Below are positions 1 to 6,449 of a stretch of 39,542 nucleotides of DNA, one piece after another. Every line of letters starts with the position of its first letter. Positions within the stretch are counted from its first letter, which is position 1. This DNA comes from a virus (Duplodnaviria > Caudoviricetes), in the IMG/VR virus record IMGVR_UViG_3300050162_000080, positions 1-39,542 of that record; one strand, given 5' to 3'. Both the position numbers and the translations under genes were made by a program. The notes below the pieces were generated by a model. The model saw only the letters and a list, made by a program, of their open reading frames with translations, was not told the DNA's origin and searched no databases.

Positions 1-113
1 CCGAAGAGGCAAGCGACAAGGACAAGGTGCCCGCATTTTCTGGCGGATTCTGGACGCTCACACAAGACGAGCTTGAACGCTTTGCCGCCATTGGCATGAA
101 GGAGCACCCGTGA
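1..113 (+). CDS. Partial hypothetical phage protein (3' end only)
   Basis: Frame is open from the window edge (...DKVPAFSGGFWTLTQDELERFAAIGMKEHP*). TGA at 111-113 overlaps the GTG start of the next gene. Confidence 0.5.
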   Translation, partial: EEASDKDKVPAFSGGFWTLTQDELERFAAIGMKEHP

Positions 114-571
114 GCAAGATGCGCTACAGGAAGCGTCGGCGCTACGGTCTTGGCGACTATCGGGAGAGCGACCGGGACTACCTGGCGAACAACAGCGACC
201 TGGCCGTCAGCCTGCTTGACAACTATGGTGCCATCATGAGTGGCGAAGTCCTGTCGGTCAAACACATCAAGCGCCAATACGCCCAGGCTCGCAAGGCCCT
301 GAACGACTACGTTGAGGCAGAAATGCGTCGAATCATGCAGACGCACAAGGGCCTGACTTGTCTGCTGAAGTGCATGGGCGACCTGATTGCCTATGACAAG
401 GTTGGCCCCATGAGCAGGGCAGGCGACTACAACAACACGGAGCTTCGGGCAGTTACCAAGTTGGCGGACTTTCTGAGTGAATACGACCGGGCTTATTACT
501 GCCAAACGGGGCACCCGCTGCGCCTGACGCGCATGACTGATGGTGCCATCAAAGAGGATCGGCACTGGTAA
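110..571 (+). CDS. Hypothetical phage protein, 153 aa
   Basis: GTG start preceded by AAGGAG, with a GTGA overlap on the upstream stop. No recognisable motif. Confidence 0.7.
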   Translation: MSKMRYRKRRRYGLGDYRESDRDYLANNSDLAVSLLDNYGAIMSGEVLSVKHIKRQYAQARKALNDYVEAEMRRIMQTHKGLTCLLKCMGDLIAYDKVGPMSRAGDYNNTELRAVTKLADFLSEYDRAYYCQTGHPLRLTRMTDGAIKEDRHW

Positions 572-627
572 TGAACAAGATCACACCCAAAGCACAGGCA
601 TTGGGTACCCATCTCCCCGCTTCCATC

Positions 628-657
628 AACCCACTTGAGAAATCAAGTGGGTTTTTT
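628..657 (+). terminator. Rho-independent terminator
   Basis: AACCCACTTGA-GAAA-TCAAGTGGGTT followed by a T-run. Confidence 0.75.
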
Positions 658-658
658 C

Positions 659-730
659 ATGTCTATTGATACCGTTCTCGCCATTGCATTGGCTTTGGTA
701 CTTTCCTGCAGTCATCTGCTTGACAAATGA
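659..730 (+). CDS. Possible 23-aa hydrophobic peptide (MSIDTVLAIALALVLSCSHLLDK)
   Basis: Translated by hand. Stop overlaps the next ATG (ATGA at 727-730). Below the ORF-track size cutoff. Confidence 0.35.
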   Translation: MSIDTVLAIALALVLSCSHLLDK

Positions 731-1008
731 AACACGTCTTTTTGATCTGCATTGCAACCTACGCCCTTACTCTTTGGCTTTTGTCTGTGCTGCTGCCTGC
801 ACAGCAATTGGTGGCAAACAAGAAAGCCAAGGAAGACCAGAAATCTCAATGGGTTGAGGCAGCAAGCGCTTGCAGCAGTGCAGCCCAAGGCAATGTCACC
901 ACCTCGATGGATGCGTCAGGGGTGGTGTATTGCATTTCCCAAACAGGCAAACTGCTGGCCACCATTGCAGACACTACCAAAGAAAACCCCCACCAATCCA
1001 AACCATGA
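727..1008 (+). CDS. Small membrane-anchored or exported protein, 93 aa
   Basis: N-terminal hydrophobic segment. ATGA-coupled to its neighbours. Confidence 0.65.
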   Translation: MKHVFLICIATYALTLWLLSVLLPAQQLVANKKAKEDQKSQWVEAASACSSAAQGNVTTSMDASGVVYCISQTGKLLATIADTTKENPHQSKP

Positions 1009-1214
1009 CTGTCAAAGTATCGTCAGATGGTGCATTCCTGGTCGACACAGACTATGTAATGACCGATGCAACCGTCACCCCTCCTCGAAAGAATGTCCAA
1101 CTCCTGTGTGGAAACCTCCACTCAGGCAAGACCGTCATTTCCGTATGGGATGACAAGTTTGGATTCACACACTGGGCACCTGTCCCAGTTTTCCCCAAGC
1201 CAAAGAAACCATGA
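1005..1214 (+). CDS. Small phage protein, DUF551-like C-terminus, 69 aa
   Basis: ATG at 1005 overlaps the upstream stop. C-terminal FTHWAPVP resembles the DUF551 THWxPLP signature. Confidence 0.65.
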   Translation: MTVKVSSDGAFLVDTDYVMTDATVTPPRKNVQLLCGNLHSGKTVISVWDDKFGFTHWAPVPVFPKPKKP

Positions 1215-1654
1215 CCATCGAACACATCGCCCAGTGGCACCAAAAAGCCCGCCCTTCCATTTCCAACAAGTCTTTCAACGTGCAGCTTGGCTGTCACTTT
1301 GAAGAGGTGGCTGAAATGGTGGAAGCCCTGCTTATCCATGGCAATGACGATGCAAGAGCCGTGGCTTCGACCACGCTGAATTCCCTGCAAACCCTGGCTT
1401 TGGGTTTGAAGACTGGCATTTACCAAGCCAACATCACCAACCGCAAAGACTTTGCCGATGCCATTGGTGATCAAATCGTCACTGCTGTGGGTGCAGGTTA
1501 CAACGCCAACATGGATGTGCCTGAAATCGCCAAGCGTGTGGACGAGTCCAACTGGTCCAAATTCCATGATGGCAAGGCAATCTTTGATGCCAATGGCAAG
1601 GTCGCCAAGAACCTGGCAACCTACAAAGAAGCCGACCTGACAGGTACCTACTGA
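1211..1654 (+). CDS. MazG-like / PRA-PH all-alpha NTP pyrophosphohydrolase
   Basis: EEVAE...DAIGD acidic motifs, then V(D)ESNWSK and NGKVAK, typical of phage MazG/dUTPase-like proteins. Confidence 0.8.
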   Translation: MTIEHIAQWHQKARPSISNKSFNVQLGCHFEEVAEMVEALLIHGNDDARAVASTTLNSLQTLALGLKTGIYQANITNRKDFADAIGDQIVTAVGAGYNANMDVPEIAKRVDESNWSKFHDGKAIFDANGKVAKNLATYKEADLTGTY

Positions 1655-1668
1655 AGAAAGCTGGCCAC

Positions 1669-1956
1669 ATGAAATACACCATGACGGATGAAATGGCTGC
1701 GCGTGAGATGGGGATTCCTGTCAAGGAAATCAGAGCCCAGATCACGAGAGGTGATTTGCCCACCATTCAGCGTGGCCGGGGTTACCTCATCAGACGTGCC
1801 GATGTCTTTGCAGCCATCGACCAACGCATTGCCCTTGAAACGGCAGAACGGGTGAAAGCCAAGCAACCTGAGCCTGCACCCGAAACCAAGACAAGCAACC
1901 TCAAGCGAGGACGCAAGCGAAGAGAGATACCTGATCTGTCTCGCTTGACTGTCTGA
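1669..1956 (+). CDS. xis: Excisionase / recombination directionality factor (MerR-like wHTH, HTH_17)
   Basis: AAREMGI...IRAQITRGDLPTIQRGRGYLIRRADV is an excisionase-type HTH. Basic C-terminal tail. Abuts the integrase. Confidence 0.75.
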   Translation: MKYTMTDEMAAREMGIPVKEIRAQITRGDLPTIQRGRGYLIRRADVFAAIDQRIALETAERVKAKQPEPAPETKTSNLKRGRKRREIPDLSRLTV

Positions 1957-3096
1957 TCACCACAGCTTTTTTGCCAAGGTTGATGCCCTGAGATTGGCGT
2001 ATCTGAGAAGCATCTTCTGGCTTTTATGGCCAGTGATCTTCATGATTTCCGTTTCAGTCAGTGTGGTGCGTTCAAACAATCGACTTGTGGCCTCGTGCCT
2101 CAAGTCATGGAAGAACAGGTCATCACACTCGGCAACATTGAATATCCCTGGATTGCGTTTGTCTGAAAAGACTTTGCCAATCTCGCTGGATAACTTCTTC
2201 AAGCTGCTATCTGTTCCATCCCACCATGGAAACAGATTGTCTTGAGGAATACCAAGAGGAATATCTTTGTGTTTCCCTAGGTATTCTTTCAACTCAGCAA
2301 CCACTACAGAAGACATAGGAACTTGTCTTTTGGAACCGTTCTTTGTCTTGTCTAAAAAGACTGTTGTACGCGGGATGTCCAATTGACTAATCTTTAATGT
2401 GAACATCTCTCTCAATCTCATGGCAGATTCAATCGCCAAGATGTACAACAGCCTGTATGCAAATGGATAGTCTAAGGTTCTAGGCCGGTACTTCCTGAGA
2501 AGAACACCTGATTGAATCACAGTAAGGATTCTTTCGTGTTCTCCCGGCTCTAGCCGTCTGTCTCTCTCAACATCTTTCCTCACAATACCTGCCAACTTTG
2601 CATCTTGGTCACTGTATTGTGAGTAGCCATTGGGCAGTGTCACAAAAGGCATGTCAGGCAATGCCATGAACTCCTTTCTGACTGCCCAATTACAAGCTCT
2701 GGACAGTGCTCCCACCTTTGCTCTGATAGTTGAGGGGGAATTGTGATCGTCTACCTTCATAGAACGAATCCAAGAGTCCACCCATTTGACATTGATAGCA
2801 GTCAGTGGTTCATGTCCCCTGGCTTCCACAATGACATTGAGGCACTGCCTGTCTTTCTCACTGGGATGGGCTTCCTTCTCATAGGTGCCCACCAGTTCCC
2901 GGATCGTGGCTGTGGAGGCCACTGCCGTCAGTTCCGTGGGAACGATGCCTTTCTTGAGCAAGGCTTCCAGCTTGACTGCATACGCATCGCCTTCAGCCTC
3001 CGTGTCAAAGGTCATGTAGATGGGCTTGGGGAGCACACCTGCCTTCTTGAAGATGTACTCCCACGTCCCGTTGTCTCTCAACCGTTTGCCTGCCAT
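1957..3096 (-). CDS. int: Tyrosine recombinase (phage integrase), 379 aa
   Basis: Full catalytic set R (AMRLRE), K (KTKNG), HxxR (HDLRH), H (TGH), Y (RYANL). AGGAG upstream of the ATG. Confidence 0.95.
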   Translation of the reverse strand: MAGKRLRDNGTWEYIFKKAGVLPKPIYMTFDTEAEGDAYAVKLEALLKKGIVPTELTAVASTATIRELVGTYEKEAHPSEKDRQCLNVIVEARGHEPLTAINVKWVDSWIRSMKVDDHNSPSTIRAKVGALSRACNWAVRKEFMALPDMPFVTLPNGYSQYSDQDAKLAGIVRKDVERDRRLEPGEHERILTVIQSGVLLRKYRPRTLDYPFAYRLLYILAIESAMRLREMFTLKISQLDIPRTTVFLDKTKNGSKRQVPMSSVVVAELKEYLGKHKDIPLGIPQDNLFPWWDGTDSSLKKLSSEIGKVFSDKRNPGIFNVAECDDLFFHDLRHEATSRLFERTTLTETEIMKITGHKSQKMLLRYANLRASTLAKKLW

Positions 3097-3234
3097 GCTG
3101 ACTCCTGATCAGTGAACCTACGCTTTTTCAGGAATTGTGTCAGTTGGTTGGGGTGCCAAACACGGTTGGTTGACCCCTCTTCAGGGTCATTTCTGGTTGG
3201 TTTGTAGACTCGCTGCCGGGAGGTCAAAACTCTC

Positions 3235-3247
3235 TAAGTTGTTGATT
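3235..3247 (-). promoter_or_regulatory. IHF binding site (attP arm)
   Basis: TAAGTTGTTGATT is an exact match to YAANNNNTTGATW. Confidence 0.75.
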
Positions 3248-3261
3248 TTCCTAGAGAATTT

Positions 3262-3308
3262 TGGTGGGTGCTGAGGGGCTCGAACCCCCGACCTGCGCCG
3301 TGTAAAGG
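3262..3308 (-). mobile_element. attP: attP core: 3' half of tRNA-Val(TAC) including CCA
   Basis: Reverse complement reads CC-TTTACAC-GGCGC-AGGTC-GGGGG-TTCGAGC-CCCTC-AGCACCC-ACCA (anticodon loop, T-arm, acceptor 3' strand, CCA). There is no D-arm or 5' half, and it lies just upstream of int. Confidence 0.88.
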
Positions 3309-3324
3309 AGTTACCTTGCTTATG

Positions 3325-3337
3325 AATCAAGCACTTA
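3325..3337 (+). promoter_or_regulatory. IHF binding site (other attP arm)
   Basis: AATCAAGCACTTA is an exact match to WATCAANNNNTTR. Confidence 0.75.
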
Positions 3338-3653
3338 GCGAACTCACCAACTTCGGATGCCACCTGATTTTTGGAAGCCCAAAAGCTCGGTTGGTTGCCA
3401 AAGCTGGGCAACTTTCGTCCTCCTGTACAATCAGACCACTTTAGTGGGATGTGCGTAGACTCAAGTTGACTCAAGCTCAACTGAGTGTCACTACCAGAAG
3501 AAGCCAGAAAAGACAAGACCGCAGCACGAAGAGCCCTTGCGCCTTCTAAACGCCCTCCGTGCGTTCTGCGAAAAAAGCAAGGGCTCCCTTGCAAACGAAT
3601 TGCTCAGTGAGGGTCGCCCCCTTGCTGAACAGTAGGCCCCTGATCAGGGCCTT

Positions 3654-3740
3654 GGGTCAAAGTGACGGAATCGGTAGACGTGAGCCCTTCTCCGGGGCTG
3701 CAGCAATGCGTGTGGGTTCGACTCCCACCTTCAATGACCC
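3654..3740 (+). tRNA. Atypical or pseudo tRNA: type II (Leu-like) body, CTC in anticodon position, bulged acceptor stem, no CCA
   Basis: D-arm ACG-GAATCGGTAGA-CGT; anticodon arm AGCCC-TTCTCCG-GGGCT; variable arm GCA-GCAA-TGC; T-arm GTGGG-TTCGACT-CCCAC; closed by GGGTCA-AAG / CTT-CAA-TGACCC. Confidence 0.65.
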
Positions 3741-3786
3741 TAACTTCCTATAATCGGCGTGGCTGGCCGTCAGCAAACTGTCAACC

Positions 3787-4008
3787 TTGCATGTTCCTCT
3801 TCATGGCTTAGGCTTTGAAGACTGCGTGTGCACGGTGGTCGAAATGACAGTACCTTGGTATGCCGAAACCAAGAACGTCGGGAACGATTCTTACCAGTTC
3901 GACGTTAAGCTACAGAAGAATCTGACACCCTGGAAAGACAGGGACCATCAAGAGTACAACCTAGCCCGAACATCCTGGCCGCTAGATCACTTCAAACGCA
4001 GAGATTAG
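3787..4008 (+). CDS. Possible small hypothetical protein (start uncertain, alternative ATG 3844)
   Basis: Only ORF in the gap between the tRNA-like element and the lysis-cassette terminator. No motif and no clear RBS. Confidence 0.3.
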   Translation: MHVPLHGLGFEDCVCTVVEMTVPWYAETKNVGNDSYQFDVKLQKNLTPWKDRDHQEYNLARTSWPLDHFKRRD

Positions 4009-4170
4009 TACCTCTGGGTTGTACCCTTGATGGTGGCTTTGGTAGTACGGGTTAGCACCGTATTCAGAAGTAATTCTGAGCCGTAAACACTGCTTCATGT
4101 GAGCCAGGGTTACCATCTTAAATTGATGTAAACTTCTGCTCAATCACTTTAAGTAATCTACCCAACAAAG

Positions 4171-4198
4171 AAAAAAGCCACCTTCGGGTGGCTTTTTT
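4171..4198. terminator. Bidirectional rho-independent terminator
   Basis: AAAAAA-GCCACC-TTCG-GGTGGC-TTTTTT, directly after the Rz stop on the - strand. Confidence 0.9.
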
Positions 4199-4213
4199 AT
4201 TGGGGAATATTTT

Positions 4214-4732
4214 TCAGTTCGACATCTGCCAAGCCTCACGCAACAGCTTGCGACACGCAAACAGCGTGCTTCTGGCTACATTGGCACTCACTGCGAATCT
4301 GGCAAGCTCTTCTTGACTGGCTTCAGTGAGGACAAGATTTCCACCATCCACACTTCGTAATCCGGTATCTCCGACTCCATCACTTCTGAGGGAGGCTTGG
4401 GCACTTTGGGGATGGCTGGCACCACTTGCACCGGTGCTTCTGGCTTGAATGCTGCGCACCCTGCCAAGCAAAGCAGCAATACGCTCGTCACGCTCAGAGA
4501 CAGCCTTTTGCAATTCGGCCACGACTTCTGCTTGATTTTCATTGGCTTCATTTTCCTTTTTCCTTGCTGACTCAACAGAGACAGTTGCTGCAGCAGAGGC
4601 CCCTGCCTTCATTGCCAGAAGGCTGTTGGTGGCCTCTGAGGCCTCGATACGGCATTGCCAGTACAACACCCCTACAAAACCGAGCAAACCCAACAGCAGG
4701 GCTATCAGCGATTCCTGGACAGACAGTTTCAC
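4214..4732 (-). CDS. Rz: Inner-membrane spanin (i-spanin)
   Basis: N-terminal TM segment followed by a coiled coil. Follows the endolysin and contains an embedded lipoprotein ORF. Confidence 0.8.
   Translation of the reverse strand: MKLSVQESLIALLLGLLGFVGVLYWQCRIEASEATNSLLAMKAGASAAATVSVESARKKENEANENQAEVVAELQKAVSERDERIAALLGRVRSIQARSTGASGASHPQSAQASLRSDGVGDTGLRSVDGGNLVLTEASQEELARFAVSANVARSTLFACRKLLREAWQMSN
4288..4551 (-). CDS. Rz1: Outer-membrane spanin lipoprotein (o-spanin), embedded in Rz
   Basis: Lipobox LLLCLAG-C and a Pro-rich mature part (PAIPKVPKPP), nested in another frame within Rz. Start at 4551 or 4542. Confidence 0.8.
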   Translation of the reverse strand: MKPMKIKQKSWPNCKRLSLSVTSVLLLCLAGCAAFKPEAPVQVVPAIPKVPKPPSEVMESEIPDYEVWMVEILSSLKPVKKSLPDSQ

Positions 4733-5223
4733 GCTTCATCTCCCAGGCACTGAGAAAACAACTCTTTGCGACGAATCCACAGGCCACCACATACCTTGTT
4801 TGGCTGCGCGCAATCAATGCCTTGATACCGACGCCATTCAAGAATTTGACGGCACGCCCCTCGGTAATCAGACTCGTTGAGTTTCTTCACCAGGGTAGAG
4901 CCACAAAATGCAGTGGGGCCAATGTTGTAGGCCAGGTCCACATACGCATCGTACTCATGCTGTGCCAATGGCACATGCACACACTGCTTGATGATGCCTT
5001 CAAACTTCACCACATCACGAATGGCACGCTTGACTGCTTGAGGTGGGGTAATTTTGTCCCCCATCTGAACGCCATCAGTAGTGCCAAAACCAATGGTAGG
5101 AACGTCGCCTTTGGTGGGGATGATGGCCTGGTCGCTGTAACCTTCCCGGTCAAGCAAACCAACAAATGCTGCTGCCGACAAAGACAGTGCAGCGAGTGAA
5201 ATTCGGGTCTTGGTACCAATCAC
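4729..5223 (-). CDS. SAR endolysin, GH24 (T4-type) lysozyme
   Basis: Ala/Ser-rich N-terminal anchor, then E-x-D-x5-T catalytic residues (REGY...GDVPTIGFGTT), YNIG, and GLWIRR at the C-terminus. Confidence 0.9.
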   Translation of the reverse strand: MIGTKTRISLAALSLSAAAFVGLLDREGYSDQAIIPTKGDVPTIGFGTTDGVQMGDKITPPQAVKRAIRDVVKFEGIIKQCVHVPLAQHEYDAYVDLAYNIGPTAFCGSTLVKKLNESDYRGACRQILEWRRYQGIDCAQPNKVCGGLWIRRKELFSQCLGDEA

Positions 5224-5462
5224 AGGTAATCCCCCCGGATAGCACGGAGTCTTGCTTCGGATTCTGCTTCTTGTCGTCTGTCTTCTCGGTACTTGAAGTA
5301 GAGATTCACGATAAAACCAAGAAGACCGATTGCAATACCAATCAGCACACCAGCTTCACTGGATTGAAGCCAGCCCATGAGACTGGTTCCTGCACCTGCG
5401 TATGTGGCTTTTGATCCTAAAGCAGCAATGGCTGCATCCGTGTGTTGACTGACATTTTCCAT
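5220..5462 (-). CDS. Holin / pinholin (start 5462; frame extends to ATG 5573)
   Basis: Two hydrophobic segments and a charged C-terminus (YFKYREDRR), immediately upstream of a SAR endolysin. Confidence 0.8.
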   Translation of the reverse strand: MENVSQHTDAAIAALGSKATYAGAGTSLMGWLQSSEAGVLIGIAIGLLGFIVNLYFKYREDRRQEAESEARLRAIRGDYL

Positions 5463-5575
5463 GGCATGTTCCGAATCATGCAGAGAGAAACTATCTCTCT
5501 GAGGTAAATCTGTGTAGTTCGGATTGTACTTGCCAAGGTCAAAATGAAGAGGGGTTCCTAATTGGAACCCCATAT

Positions 5576-5881
5576 TTATGCTTTCAAGTTTTCACTTGAG
5601 AAATCTGTGTGCGTGAGGTAGTAGCGTTTAGCCAACTCAGCATACACAGGAGGCAACTGGGCATGGGTAACCTCATTCCAGAATGATTCCTCACAATGGT
5701 TGTCATCCCAAAAGAACAACTTGTCGATCACAGGTCGCCAGAATTTCCCAGTCCATCGACCTTCCAATTCCAGACGCCATGCAGCAGCACTGGCTGTTTC
5801 ATCTGGATGGGCAAGGCCAAGGGTCAGCAGAACAAACATCCATTGATCCCAGCAAAGAAGAAGGTTCTTGATTCGTTGCAT
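5576..5881 (-). CDS. Small phage protein of a type often found next to tail-fibre and lysis genes
   Basis: PDETASAAAWR...IDKLFFW...HCEES pattern, tightly packed between the chaperone and the holin. Confidence 0.75.
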   Translation of the reverse strand: MQRIKNLLLCWDQWMFVLLTLGLAHPDETASAAAWRLELEGRWTGKFWRPVIDKLFFWDDNHCEESFWNEVTHAQLPPVYAELAKRYYLTHTDFSSENLKA

Positions 5882-5882
5882 A

Positions 5883-6449
5883 TCAATTCCAGGTTACTGC
5901 CTCAATCTCGGCAACCGTTGTTGCAGACATCACTTGGTTTTTCAAATCTCGATACTTGGTAAAGGCAGCATCCACTTGCCAAATCTTTGCCATTTCAATA
6001 CCCACAAAATCCTCTGCAGTGAATGAAACCACCGAGTCATCAGCCAAGGTGAAGTCTTTGGCAAATGAGGTGCCCGCTGCAATGGCTGCTTTGGCTGCAG
6101 AAACCAAACCAGTCAAACGACGCTGGGCATCCACATCCCCATCTAAAACCAAACCGTTGTAAGTAAACTCACTGAACTCTTCAGCATCTCTTGATGCTTT
6201 CAGAGATTTCAGTTTTTCACTGCGAACCTCTTCAACATCTTTGACCCACATAAAGTCAGGAAACCATTTCCAGACATACCCATTTCCTGGTTTATCTGGA
6301 ACAGCAATTCGCTCGCCGTTATGGACGTAGCATTTTTCGGTACACATCCCAAGAAAATAGACCTCACCTGGAACAACTTCTTCAGGCAAAACAGATGCTT
6401 GCCCCATTACCTGTTTGGTGACAGGATCAACTTCGCATTTAATGATCAT
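5883..6449 (-). CDS. Tail fibre assembly chaperone (DUF4376-like)
   Basis: KLKSLKASRD...FTLADDS...AEIEAVTW pattern, directly downstream of the tail fibre gene. Confidence 0.8.
   Translation of the reverse strand: MIIKCEVDPVTKQVMGQASVLPEEVVPGEVYFLGMCTEKCYVHNGERIAVPDKPGNGYVWKWFPDFMWVKDVEEVRSEKLKSLKASRDAEEFSEFTYNGLVLDGDVDAQRRLTGLVSAAKAAIAAGTSFAKDFTLADDSVVSFTAEDFVGIEMAKIWQVDAAFTKYRDLKNQVMSATTVAEIEAVTWN

Larger units (their letters stand above)
3143..3397. repeat. Candidate integrase arm-type sites, GTTGGTT x4
   Basis: GTTGGTT-containing direct repeats at about 3143-3150, 3164-3172, 3195-3202 and 3389-3397, on both sides of the att core. Confidence 0.55.

Noticed and set aside
3262-3308. Complete tRNA-Val gene on the - strand
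   Set aside because: The 5' acceptor strand, D-arm and most of the 5' anticodon stem are absent. It is an att core fragment.
3187-3594. 135-aa ORF on the - strand upstream of int
   Set aside because: It runs across attP, the IHF sites and structured repeats, and has no protein-like motif.
5561-5569. ATTGGAACC shared with 31428-31436 as a possible late promoter
   Set aside because: Only two 9-bp copies at inconsistent distances from starts, which is compatible with chance.
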